Position numbers and translations under genes: made by a program
The notes under the pieces: generated by a model
The model's input: the letters and a program-made list of their open reading frames with translations, nothing else
Told to the model about the DNA's origin: nothing
Databases searched by the model: none
Origin: Desulfurivibrionaceae bacterium
GTDB lineage: Bacteria > Desulfobacterota > Desulfobulbia > Desulfobulbales > SURF-16
Direction: 5' to 3'
DNA: 64,000 nucleotides
NCBI GenBank assembly: GCA_046537975.1
Contig: JBKHJR010000001.1
Location: forward strand, 64,688 to 128,687
Shown: positions 37,672-47,277 of the stretch, in pieces
Numbering within the stretch: position 1 is the first letter of the stretch
Layout: each line of letters begins with the position of its first letter

Positions 37672-39750
37672 ATGTTCGGGGTTAAAAATGAGAAGTTTGA
37701 GGTTGGAGCTTATCTTCCGGATGAAGAACAGGTGCAGGCTGTGTTATCCAGGGAAGTTAAGGACCTGCCCTCTCTGCCGGTAGTTGTTCTCAAGCTTCTG
37801 AAGTTATCCGGCAATCTCGAGTCCTCTGCTGATGAGCTGGTTAAGCTGGTGGAGACCGATCCTGCCATAACAGCCCGGGTTCTCAGGGTTGTTAATTCAG
37901 CTGCCTATGGTTTCCGTCAGGAAATTACCTCGATCAAACATGCCGTAGTCCTGCTCGGCTTTGACCAGATGTGGACTCTGGCCCTTGAAATTTCCATCTT
38001 TGAGCAATTGTTGAATTCGGGTACCCCTTGCGGCTTTGACAGTAAGTTTTTCTGGCGGCACTGTCTCTCTGTGGCCTGTCTGAGCAGGGCCATAGCAGAA
38101 GAACGAGGTCATCCCGATCCTGAAAAGCTCTATATCGCCGGTCTCCTCCACGACATAGGCAAAATAATATTTGAATCCCACGGAAAAATAACCTATGATG
38201 ATTTTCTCAATAATAACGGACATTTCTTTGAAAGCCTGGTAAGGGAAGAGGCCAAGATGATCGGACTCTCTCATGATCATCTGGGTGCCTATTGCTGCCA
38301 CCGCTGGGGTCTTCCGGACAGCATAACCCTGTCGGTCCGGTTCCATCATGAACGCTATTATTATCTGGATATGGATCAGGAGAAGATCCAGGAAATCGCC
38401 TTTGTATCCCTGGCTGATTTTTTAACCTGGGCTCACGGGATCGGATCGGTCGACCTTATCCGCCATCAGACTCTGCAGCCGGAGACCCTTGAGATTATCC
38501 CCCTTCGCAACCTGAAACTGTCATACCTCCTGGATAGAATGGACCGGGAAGTCCAGGAAACCGCCCGGTTCTACAATATTTCTTTTCCTTCTCTGAACGA
38601 GCTCAGAGAAAATCTGCTTCTTTTCAACATAGACCTGTGCAAAATCAATAATGCCAGTACTTACCGGCAGGATGAGCTGGAGAACAGGGTTAATGTCCTT
38701 TCCAGTCTAAGGGAGAGCATAACCATTCCCCACGGCAGCCTTAATCGTGAAGAGATCGTAAAACAGACTTTGACTGCTCTGCATCGGGAGTTTGATTACG
38801 ACCGTCTCTATCTTCTGGAAGTCGAAGAAAAGACCAGGGAATTTAAGGTCAGCTTCTTTTTTGATTTTTCCGGCATTGGGGATGATCTTACCGGTATCAC
38901 GGTAAAGATTAATCCCGGGCTTGAGAATTTTATAGACTCCCTTCGCGGCAGAAATCCTAAAGTAATAGGCGGTTCGTCCAGTGAAGAGCTCAGTATCCTG
39001 GAAAAATTCAAGATCAGGGAACTGGGGATAATCCCGGTTGTCGGTCAAGAGAGGGTGAGCGGGCTCCTCTGTGTAGATAATATTGTCTCGAAGAGGGCGA
39101 TCAGCGATTCTGTTCTTTCCGCGGTTGGTGTGGTCGCCAATGAAATGGGTAAGGCCCTGGACAATGCCGGAATCTTTGATCAGTACAGGGTTAAGGCCTC
39201 CATTGACGGCCTGACCGGTCTCTATAATCGTTCTGTAATTGAAGAAATAATTGAAGAGCAATTTCTTACTGCCGGTGATAAACAGCCATTGACCCTGGTC
39301 ATGGTTGATATAGATTTTTTCAAACGTTTTAATGACGACTTCGGCCATATTGCCGGGGATACGGTTCTTAAACTCTTGTCCAAGACCCTGCAGAAATTTT
39401 CCCGGCCCAATAACTATCTGGGCAGGTATGGCGGAGAAGAGTTTATGGCGATCCTTACAGGGACCGGATTTATGGACGGCTTCTGTTACGGTGAACGTCT
39501 GCGCAAGAGGGTGGAAAAGCTGGGTAATTTTCTGCAAAAACGTTTTCCCGGACATAGCCTCACAGTCAGCATTGGTGTAGCTTCTTATGAGCCGGGGATG
39601 GAAAAGGCTGAAGATCTCATTGCCAAAGTTGACAAGAGTCTCTATATGGCCAAAGAGATGGGGCGCAACGAGGTGGTTGGGTCCCACAGGGGAGAGAAGA
39701 AGTGGTCTGGTAGTAACACCCCGTTTCCCATCGACCGGACATCCGGGTAA
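37672..39750 (+). CDS. HDOD-GAF-GGDEF signalling protein (diguanylate cyclase)
   Basis: HDOD N-terminus (LPSLPVVVLKLLKL...LLHDIGK), a central GAF-like region, and a C-terminal GGDEF domain with GGEEF. Confidence 0.85.
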   Translation: MFGVKNEKFEVGAYLPDEEQVQAVLSREVKDLPSLPVVVLKLLKLSGNLESSADELVKLVETDPAITARVLRVVNSAAYGFRQEITSIKHAVVLLGFDQMWTLALEISIFEQLLNSGTPCGFDSKFFWRHCLSVACLSRAIAEERGHPDPEKLYIAGLLHDIGKIIFESHGKITYDDFLNNNGHFFESLVREEAKMIGLSHDHLGAYCCHRWGLPDSITLSVRFHHERYYYLDMDQEKIQEIAFVSLADFLTWAHGIGSVDLIRHQTLQPETLEIIPLRNLKLSYLLDRMDREVQETARFYNISFPSLNELRENLLLFNIDLCKINNASTYRQDELENRVNVLSSLRESITIPHGSLNREEIVKQTLTALHREFDYDRLYLLEVEEKTREFKVSFFFDFSGIGDDLTGITVKINPGLENFIDSLRGRNPKVIGGSSSEELSILEKFKIRELGIIPVVGQERVSGLLCVDNIVSKRAISDSVLSAVGVVANEMGKALDNAGIFDQYRVKASIDGLTGLYNRSVIEEIIEEQFLTAGDKQPLTLVMVDIDFFKRFNDDFGHIAGDTVLKLLSKTLQKFSRPNNYLGRYGGEEFMAILTGTGFMDGFCYGERLRKRVEKLGNFLQKRFPGHSLTVSIGVASYEPGMEKAEDLIAKVDKSLYMAKEMGRNEVVGSHRGEKKWSGSNTPFPIDRTSG

Positions 39751-39764
39751 AAAAGATTAGAGCC

Positions 39765-40346
39765 TTATATTATTCCTGTGAGGGCTCCGTGTTCGTATAG
39801 GATCTTAAAACCTATCATGAAAAGCACAAGAGCCCCTGCCACTTCCGCATATCTGCTTAACCTTCCGGCTGAACCTATTATTTTGCCGATCTGCAGGCCG
39901 GCTACTGTGAAAATACCGGCCACCAGGCCTATTATCAGGGCGGGCGTCCAGATGGAGACATCCAGCACCGAAATGCTGAACCCCACTGCCAGGGCATCTA
40001 TGCTTGTGGCAACCGATAGTATAACCAGGGAAAGGCCCTTGCTGGGATCCTTTTTTTCCTTCTTCTCATCCTGATTCAGGTAAGCTTCCCGCAGCATATT
40101 GCAGGCCACAAAACTCAGGAGTCCAAAAGCCACCCAGTGATCAAAATTTTCGATCAGGTTTTTTACTGAAAGGCCGGCACCCCAGCCTATTACCGGCATC
40201 ATGGCCTGAAAAAGACCAAAATGCCAGGAAAGCCGGAAGGTCTGCCTGAAGCTCACCTGATTGAGGCTTACTCCGGCAGCTATGGCAACTGCCAGGGCAT
40301 CCATGGCCAGGGCTATGGCAATTAAAACAATATTGACTATGCTCAT
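39765..40346 (-). CDS. mntP: Manganese efflux pump MntP
   Basis: Two DUF204 repeats (LAMDALAVAIAAG and ATSIDALAVGFS). 193 aa, six TM helices. Confidence 0.9.
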   Translation of the reverse strand: MSIVNIVLIAIALAMDALAVAIAAGVSLNQVSFRQTFRLSWHFGLFQAMMPVIGWGAGLSVKNLIENFDHWVAFGLLSFVACNMLREAYLNQDEKKEKKDPSKGLSLVILSVATSIDALAVGFSISVLDVSIWTPALIIGLVAGIFTVAGLQIGKIIGSAGRLSRYAEVAGALVLFMIGFKILYEHGALTGII

Positions 40347-40535
40347 GCGAAACCCACAAGGGATTGTTGTGGCTCTTGATCTGCCCTGCTCTAAATTTTT
40401 TTAATTGTTTTATGAATAATTTTTTAAAATATTAAAATAATTTTCATATATCGGTCTGAATCATGGAGTCGAATCATTATCTATAAAATTATTTAATGTA
40501 TAATGCTGAAAGGTTGTTATGGCAACCGGGGATCT

Positions 40536-41567
40536 TTAATTTATTCCCGGGTGCGGCAGTTCAGCCACTCTGGAATAGACCTGCCTGAAAACCTCCGGAG
40601 GGACTTCAGTATGCCAGTAGCCTGTGACCAGAGCGGTAAGCCAGCAGAGAAAAAAAACCAGCAGAATCAGGAGGGGAAGGTGGAGAGCCGGAATATTTTT
40701 TCTGCCCCCAACTGTCAGGGTCAGGCAGCCGTCAATCGGGCAGGCGGCAATACACTCGGTGCATCCTACGCACTCGGGAGTTTTCAGAACTTTCTTGTCG
40801 GTTATTTTGATGGAGGCGGGACAGATTTTTTCACATCTTTTACAATCAATGCAGCTCTCGGGTTTCCTTTTTATCACCGCGGTAAACGGCGCCAGGGCAA
40901 AAATACCAAGCATGGCCCCGTAAGGGCAGAGGTAGCGGCACCAGAAATTGCGGATGAAAAAGGAAATCACCACCAGAAAAATCATTATTCCCAGAGCCAG
41001 ACCCGAGGGGGACAGAAAGAAGAGCAGCATCTTGGCATCGGCTGCAAGGTTATAGGGTGTCTGATGGAAGGCCTCGATCTGGGGTAAGGTCATTCTATAG
41101 AGAATAAGATAGACGAAAAAAGCAAGTAAGAGGTACTTCAGGCTCAGAAGGGGGATGTCCAGCCAGACCGGAAGCCTGAAGGTGAGGCGCAGGTGGCGGC
41201 CGGCTTTTTCCGCAAGATTGGAGACAAAGCCCACCGGACAGATCCAGCCGCAGAATCCCTTGCGAAAAAGGAAAGCAATAAGAAGGGCGCTGAGCAGAAT
41301 GGTAAGGCCGGCAGGATGGACCATGTCGTAAGTGCCGGTGAGCACCAGGCGTTTCAGTCCCACCAAGGCGCTGATGGGAAGAAAGGCTTCGACTGAAGGA
41401 GGGCGGGGAATGAAGTTGTCTGTCTGACCTAAGGCCCAGAGGTAGAAGAGATAGAAGCGGTAACCGGCCCAGAGGCAGAAAAGGGCGAACCCGGCCTGGA
41501 CCAGCGAACGCAGGGCAGCAGTATTGCGGTGGTTTAGTGGAGTTGAAATACCTTTTGCTATTTTCAT
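40536..41567 (-). CDS. Membrane-bound 4Fe-4S polyferredoxin (NapH/NosR-like family)
   Basis: Multiple TM helices with CGWICP and CRYLCPYG motifs, plus two ferredoxin motifs (CIDCKRCEKICP and CVGCTECIAACP). Confidence 0.7.
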   Translation of the reverse strand: MKIAKGISTPLNHRNTAALRSLVQAGFALFCLWAGYRFYLFYLWALGQTDNFIPRPPSVEAFLPISALVGLKRLVLTGTYDMVHPAGLTILLSALLIAFLFRKGFCGWICPVGFVSNLAEKAGRHLRLTFRLPVWLDIPLLSLKYLLLAFFVYLILYRMTLPQIEAFHQTPYNLAADAKMLLFFLSPSGLALGIMIFLVVISFFIRNFWCRYLCPYGAMLGIFALAPFTAVIKRKPESCIDCKRCEKICPASIKITDKKVLKTPECVGCTECIAACPIDGCLTLTVGGRKNIPALHLPLLILLVFFLCWLTALVTGYWHTEVPPEVFRQVYSRVAELPHPGIN

Positions 41568-41975
41568 GATTTAAGAAAATAGCTCCTTTCTTTTGAAAAA
41601 AAAATGATCCAGGTCAAAAAATCCGGAAAATTTTCCATGTTATTTCAATCGGCCAGCCTGTGGTCTTTGGGGACTGCCCGAGCAGGCTTTTCCTGGTTTG
41701 GTCTGTAATCAATTAATTGTCTTTAATCTTACAGGAGGGTGTATAACCGTCAATGACCAAAGTCTTAATAAGAAAGATCAGAAAGATCCTGCTGTGCCAA
41801 GGGTTGGGCTCTTAAATAGATTTATGTTTCAACTTTGTTTTTTGCTCTTCTGTTATAAAAAAATGATGTAGTTGAGAGGTGGGTGAGTTCTTTTTGCTAT
41901 AATTGGAGAGAAGATGTTCTTGCAGGCAGGATTACCGGTCTGAGAATTTCGGTTAAAACGAAATATAACTCCAAC

Positions 41976-42011
41976 CCGTCAAAGCCGGCAGCGGCTGCCG
42001 CTTTGACGGGG
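41976..42011 (-). terminator. Strong GC-rich hairpin downstream of the coiled-coil protein gene
   Basis: CCCGTCAAAGCCGGCAGC / GCTGCCG-CTTTGACGGG forms about 17 bp with one bulge, 21 nt after the stop at 42033. A moderately U-rich tract follows on the minus strand. Confidence 0.55.
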
Positions 42012-42032
42012 GGTTACAAATTATACTATTTT

Positions 42033-42638
42033 TTACTGCTGGGGTTGGTTAAAGGACTGCTGGATCTCCTGTTGGAGTTCCTCGAGTTTCTGACCGATCT
42101 TGACGGCCTGGGGGCTTTTTTCTTCAATCCCTTTGATCAGAGCCTCCCGTTTTTCCGTGATTTCGGGATCAGTCAAAGCCTTTTCCCGGGCCTTTCTGAA
42201 TTTTTCTACTTTCTGGCGGAATTCATCCTCCAACTCGGCCTGTTTCTCTTCTTCAAGGTCCTCGCCTCCCTGCAGTTTTGCCTGAAGATCTTGTAACCTT
42301 TCGATATCAACATTCTGTTCATCAAGGTGCTTGTCCAGGGTTTCCTGAACGATTTGCCTTAGCTCTTCTTCCTGCTTTTTCAGTTCAGGATTATTTTCCA
42401 AAACCTCTTTCTGAATTTCCTGTTGTTTTTTCTGGAGATCCTTCATCTCCATTAGTTTCTGCTGAGCCTCCTGGTTCTGCTGCATTTGGCCGGATCCCCC
42501 GGAAGAGTGAGGAGCAGATTGACCGGGCTGGGCATAAAGTGGTGAGGCCAGGAGTAGAGTGGCACCAGCCAGGACCGACAGTAATTTTGAACTTAAGAGA
42601 GTGAGCCTTTTATTTTTTTTACTTAAAAAGAAATTCAT
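42033..42638 (-). CDS. Secreted Gln/Glu/Lys-rich coiled-coil protein (possible periplasmic chaperone-like protein)
   Basis: Signal peptide (LLSVLAGATLLLASPLYA), then about 170 aa of charged helical sequence. The internal ATG at 42638 is preferred. Confidence 0.5.
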   Translation of the reverse strand: MNFFLSKKNKRLTLLSSKLLSVLAGATLLLASPLYAQPGQSAPHSSGGSGQMQQNQEAQQKLMEMKDLQKKQQEIQKEVLENNPELKKQEEELRQIVQETLDKHLDEQNVDIERLQDLQAKLQGGEDLEEEKQAELEDEFRQKVEKFRKAREKALTDPEITEKREALIKGIEEKSPQAVKIGQKLEELQQEIQQSFNQPQQ

Positions 42639-42817
42639 GTAGTCACCTTTGTTATTAGGATTGAAATTAATTATACTAACTTCTGAATAACAGACAATCA
42701 AGGTGGAGGTCAACCTTAAATTGTGGCTTTCAAGCAGGTAAAGTTATTTGCTGTTCAGCATGATGTGAGCAACTGTAGGAAATAATTGAAACAAAATTCA
42801 AAAAGACCGGTAGGGTC

Positions 42818-43912
42818 CTACTGCCGGGTCCGGTTAAAGGGTAGAGGTAGTTGGCGGGGAATTGAACCGGCTGATTTCGATTGGTCTTTGAGCTTTGAAA
42901 CCGTGATTCCCAGAAGTCTTAGTTTTTTCCTTCCTGCCTCTGTAGCCCCCAGCAGCCGGGGGATATAAGTCATAATTTCCTCTGCCCGGAAAACCGGGTA
43001 TGGCAGGCTTTTAGACCTGGTAACGGTCGTGAAGTCCTGGTAGCGGACTTTCAGGGTAAGAGTCTGGCCGCAATTTTTTTTCCGTGATAGAATTTCTTCT
43101 ATTTTACCGGCAAGGTGGCTGAGTATGGAAATGATCCGCTCATGTTCGTCCGTGTCCTGCTTAAGGGTTATCTCCGTACCTATGGATTTACGCTGCCTGC
43201 TGCATTGAACCGGCCGCCTGTCCACTCCCCGGGAGATATCATAGAAAAAAGACCCTGCTTTGCCGAAATGGCTGATCAGGTCACTTCTGCTATAGTTTGC
43301 AAGGTCTGCCCCGCTTCGTATACCAATGGCCAGCATTTTTTTTTCAGTTGCTTTTCCTACTCCGTAGAATTTATTTATGGGAAGGGCGGTAATAAAAGAT
43401 ATAGCCTTTTCCGGGGTAATAACGGTTATTCCGTCCGGCTTGTTGAAGTCGGACGCGGTCTTGGCCAGAAATTTGTTGAAAGAGACTCCGGCGGAACAGG
43501 TCAGACCGGTCTCTTTGAAGATTTCTTCCCTGATCTCCCGGGCGATCCAGGTGGCCGAAGGAATGTTTTTTTTATTGATGGTGGTGTCCAGAAAAGCCTC
43601 ATCAAGGGAAAGCGGTTCCACCACATCGGTATAATGCCGGAAAATATTCATAATCTGTTTTGATATTTCCTGATATCTTTCTTTCCTGGGGCGCAGAAAA
43701 ATGCCGTGGGGGCAGAGCCGCAGGGCCCGGGAGCAGGCCATGGCCGAATGAATTCCATAACGCCGTGCTTCATAGGAGCAGGCCGCCACTACCCCCCGCC
43801 CCCGGGGGTCGCCGCCCACAATGACAGGTTTGCCTTTAAGCTCAGGATGGTCCAGCATTTCCACCGAAGCGAAAAAGGCATCCATGTCTATATGGATTAT
43901 TTTGCGGGCCAT
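42818..43912 (-). CDS. dinB: DNA polymerase IV
   Basis: MARKIIHIDMDAFFASVEMLDHPELKGKPVIVGG... is the canonical DinB N-terminus with catalytic acidic residues, plus SLDEAFLD. Confidence 0.95.
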   Translation of the reverse strand: MARKIIHIDMDAFFASVEMLDHPELKGKPVIVGGDPRGRGVVAACSYEARRYGIHSAMACSRALRLCPHGIFLRPRKERYQEISKQIMNIFRHYTDVVEPLSLDEAFLDTTINKKNIPSATWIAREIREEIFKETGLTCSAGVSFNKFLAKTASDFNKPDGITVITPEKAISFITALPINKFYGVGKATEKKMLAIGIRSGADLANYSRSDLISHFGKAGSFFYDISRGVDRRPVQCSRQRKSIGTEITLKQDTDEHERIISILSHLAGKIEEILSRKKNCGQTLTLKVRYQDFTTVTRSKSLPYPVFRAEEIMTYIPRLLGATEAGRKKLRLLGITVSKLKDQSKSAGSIPRQLPLPFNRTRQ

Positions 43913-43940
43913 GTCACAATTTGCTTGGTGGTATTTATTT

Positions 43941-46052
43941 CTATTTCTGCTCAGGGGGAAGATGTCGAAGCACCATCAGAGACCGGGCTTCCACGTTGAG
44001 TTGATCTCCGGCCTGAACGACTACTTCTTCTTCAATCCAGCCGGCAGAAGAGTCAAGTTCTATGAGCCACTGCCTTCCCCATTCCTTCCCGGGGAGAAGG
44101 AATTCCAGGGCCTTGTGGTGGGCGTTGAAGATGATGTAGAAGTTGTCATCCGTAACCGGTTCACCCTTGGGATTGGGGTTGGGGATGGTTTCGCCGTTAA
44201 GAAAGATACCCAGGTAATAGGTGGATCTTTCCGCCCAGTTTTCGTCAGACATTTGTTCTCCTTCAGAGGTAAACCAGGCGATATCCTTGACTTCCGCGCC
44301 ATGGATAGCCTGTCCCTGGAACCAATGGCGGCGGCGGAAAACAGGATGTTCATGCCGGAAGCGGATCAGGTGCTGACAGAATTTCAACAGATCCTGGTCA
44401 GGGTTTTCCCAGTCATACCATGAGATTTCGTTGTCCTGGCAGTAGCCGTTGTTGTTGCCCTGCTGTGTCCGGCTTATTTCATCACCGCCCAGCAGCATGG
44501 GAACGCCCTGGGAAAGAAAGAGGGTAGCAAGGCAGTTCCTTTTCAGGCGGTTTCTTAGTGCCATAATTTCCGGATCGTCGGTAGGTCCTTCCACCCCGCA
44601 GTTCCAGGAACGGTTATGATCTTCACCATCCTCGTTGTTCTCTCCGTTTGCCTCGTTGTGTTTGTCGTTGTAGGAGAAGAGGTCGTGCAGGGTGAAACCG
44701 TCATGCGCGGTTATGAAGTTGATACTGGCATAAGGCAGGCGGCTGGTATTTTCATAGAGATCCGAACTCCCGGTAAAGCGGCTGGCCAGTTCCCCCAGGC
44801 TCTGCTCCTGGCCCCGCCAGAAATCGCGGACGCAGTCCCGGTATTTACCGTTCCACTCCGACCAGACCGGGGGGAAGTTGCCCACCTGATAGCCGCCTTC
44901 CCCTATGTCCCAGGGTTCGGCAATAATTTTGACTGTGCTGACCACCGGATCCTGCTGGATCAGATCAAAAAAGGCGGAAAGACGGTCGACGTCATGCAGC
45001 TCCCGGGCCAGAGTCGCGGCCAGATCAAAACGGAAGCCGTCAACGTGCATCTCCTTGATCCAGTAGCGCAGGGAATCCATGAGGAGCTGGAGAACATGGG
45101 GGTTGCGCATATTAAGACTGTTGCCGGTTCCGGTATAGTCCATGTAATAGCGTAAGTCCTCGGTAAGCCGGTAGTAATAGGCATTGTCAATCCCTTTGAA
45201 GCAGAGCATGGGGCCGAGATGATTGCCTTCGGCGGTATGGTTGTATACCACGTCCAGTATTACTTCTATTCCGGCTTGGTGGAGGGTCTTGACCAGCTGT
45301 TTGAACTCTGCTGCCGCTCCTCCGGGCCGGGTGTCATAGGCATACTCATTATGCGGGGCGAAGTAGCCGATGGAGTTGTATCCCCAGTAGTTTCTGAGCC
45401 CCCGGTCCACAAGGTTTTTGTCATGGATGAACTGGTGAACCGGCATAAGCTCCACCGCTGTTATGCCCAGTTCCTTGAGATACTCAATTGAAGCGGGATG
45501 GGCCAGTCCGGCGTAGGTTCCTCTCAGTTCTTCAGGAATATCGGGATGAACTGCGGTAAACCCTTTGACATGGGTTTCATAGATTGTGGTCTGATGCCAG
45601 GGAATCTGGAGTTTGCGATCGCCGTCCCAGTTGAAAAAGGGCTGGGAGACCACTGAGAGCGGGACGTACGGGGCACTGTCCTCTTTGTTGATCACCTCCT
45701 GACCTTTCTTGAAACTGTAAGGGAAAACAGCTTCATTCCATTCTACATTGCCGGCAATGACTTTGGCGTAAGGATCCAGAAGGAGTTTGGCCGGGTTGCA
45801 GCGGTGGCCGTCGGTCGGTTCCCAGGGGCCGTGGACGCGGTAATTGTAGAGCTGGCCGGGTTCTATTTCAGGGAGGTAGCAGTGCCAGCAGTAGCCGGTT
45901 ACCTCCGGCATCTCCACTCTGGTTTCGTTTCTTTTCTCATCAAACAGACAGAGCTCAACTTTTTCGGCGATTTCGGAAAAAATGGAAAAGTTGGTTCCTG
46001 AACCGTCATAGGTGGCACCCAATGGGTAGGGTTGTCCGGGCCAGATTTTCAT
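43941..46052 (-). CDS. glgX: Glycogen debranching enzyme
   Basis: MKIWPGQPYPLGATYDGSGTNFSIFS... with GH13 motifs (VILDVVYNHT, GFRFDLA, EPWD). Confidence 0.95.
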   Translation of the reverse strand: MKIWPGQPYPLGATYDGSGTNFSIFSEIAEKVELCLFDEKRNETRVEMPEVTGYCWHCYLPEIEPGQLYNYRVHGPWEPTDGHRCNPAKLLLDPYAKVIAGNVEWNEAVFPYSFKKGQEVINKEDSAPYVPLSVVSQPFFNWDGDRKLQIPWHQTTIYETHVKGFTAVHPDIPEELRGTYAGLAHPASIEYLKELGITAVELMPVHQFIHDKNLVDRGLRNYWGYNSIGYFAPHNEYAYDTRPGGAAAEFKQLVKTLHQAGIEVILDVVYNHTAEGNHLGPMLCFKGIDNAYYYRLTEDLRYYMDYTGTGNSLNMRNPHVLQLLMDSLRYWIKEMHVDGFRFDLAATLARELHDVDRLSAFFDLIQQDPVVSTVKIIAEPWDIGEGGYQVGNFPPVWSEWNGKYRDCVRDFWRGQEQSLGELASRFTGSSDLYENTSRLPYASINFITAHDGFTLHDLFSYNDKHNEANGENNEDGEDHNRSWNCGVEGPTDDPEIMALRNRLKRNCLATLFLSQGVPMLLGGDEISRTQQGNNNGYCQDNEISWYDWENPDQDLLKFCQHLIRFRHEHPVFRRRHWFQGQAIHGAEVKDIAWFTSEGEQMSDENWAERSTYYLGIFLNGETIPNPNPKGEPVTDDNFYIIFNAHHKALEFLLPGKEWGRQWLIELDSSAGWIEEEVVVQAGDQLNVEARSLMVLRHLPPEQK

Positions 46053-46247
46053 ATATGTATCTCCTTATAAGCCGGAAATTTGTATAATTTATATTTTATG
46101 AAATGATGCCGGCAATAGTCAACGGTAATCAGGAGGATTCTCGGGTTTGATCTTAATTCAGAATCAAGTACCGTCCCTATGCGTAGCCTGTCTCTTTGTC
46201 CACTTTCCATTCTCTCCACTGGATAAGGAGTTGAAACAGAGGTTGAT

Positions 46248-47186
46248 CTATAGTCCCAGAGGCAGAAGGAGGATAAAATTCAGGCCGGTAGTTGTCAGCA
46301 TAAGACGGTTTATCTGTCTGATGTGATCGGGGCGGGGGGTCTGCCCGGGAATCCCTATGGTCGGTTTGGAAATGAGTTCACCGAAGTAGATACTGCCGCC
46401 CCCCAACTGGATATTCAGGGCCCCGGCGGCTGCCGCTTCTGTATGGCCGGAGTTGGGGCTGGCGTGTTTTTTCCGGTCCCGTTCCAGTATCCTCCAGGAA
46501 TTTTTGGCATTCAGACCGAGCATAAAAGCGGCAGCCGGGATGAGCAGGGCGGTGAGCCGGGCCGGTATGAAGTTGGCCAGGTCGTCCAGTCTGGCACCAG
46601 CCCAGCCGAACTGCCGATAATAGTCATTTTTATAACCGAACATGGAATCTGCGGTATTGATGGCCTTATAAATTACAGCCCCGGCCGGGCCGGCCAGAAA
46701 ACCGTAAAACAGGGGGGCGGTTATGCCGTCAACCAGGCTTTCAGCCACACTTTCGACTGCCGCCCTGATTACCCCGGCTTCTGAAAGGGAGCTGGTGTCG
46801 CGGCCCACTATCATTCCCACTTTTTCCCGGGCCAGGGTGAGATTTTCGGACTCCAGGGCCCGGACCACCGCCCTGGCGTGCAGAAGTAGATCCCGGATGG
46901 AGAAGGTGGTATAGAAAATAATTACACAGGCCAGGATATGGAGGACCGGATCTATAAAGGCGGCCGCCTTCAGGATCAGGAAAACACTCAGCCAGCTCGC
47001 CCCGATCATGGCGGTCAGGGTCAGGACTCCGGCCAGCCTTAAGTTGATCTCCAATGTCCGGCAACGGATTTCCAGGTGAGTTCCGAGATTGCCTAACAAT
47101 CTGACGGGATGAGGAATTCTTGCGGGATCTCCTATAAAAAGATCAAGAATAAGCGCCGCAGCTATCTGCAATGAAGTTGAATCCAT
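46248..47186 (-). CDS. cbiB: Adenosylcobinamide-phosphate synthase
   Basis: LILDLFIGDPARIPHPVRLLG..., a polytopic CobD/CbiB-family protein. Confidence 0.9.
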   Translation of the reverse strand: MDSTSLQIAAALILDLFIGDPARIPHPVRLLGNLGTHLEIRCRTLEINLRLAGVLTLTAMIGASWLSVFLILKAAAFIDPVLHILACVIIFYTTFSIRDLLLHARAVVRALESENLTLAREKVGMIVGRDTSSLSEAGVIRAAVESVAESLVDGITAPLFYGFLAGPAGAVIYKAINTADSMFGYKNDYYRQFGWAGARLDDLANFIPARLTALLIPAAAFMLGLNAKNSWRILERDRKKHASPNSGHTEAAAAGALNIQLGGGSIYFGELISKPTIGIPGQTPRPDHIRQINRLMLTTTGLNFILLLPLGL

Positions 47187-47277
47187 CTTGTGGTCTTATG
47201 TCAAGTGATCTTGCGCCTTGGCGTGGAGGAAAGTTTGCCGGACTTCACGCTCACCGGGATAAGTAGATATTAAGCAG

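Noticed and set aside
38707-39687. 326-aa minus-strand ORF
   Set aside because: Antisense to the GAF-GGDEF region of the 37672-39750 gene, with no recognisable motifs.
40347-40535. Looked for a yybP-ykoY Mn2+ riboswitch upstream of mntP
   Set aside because: The leader is very AT-rich and lacks the conserved GGGGAGUAG-type and four-way-junction sequence blocks I would expect. Only a small CCACAA...TTGTGG hairpin is present.
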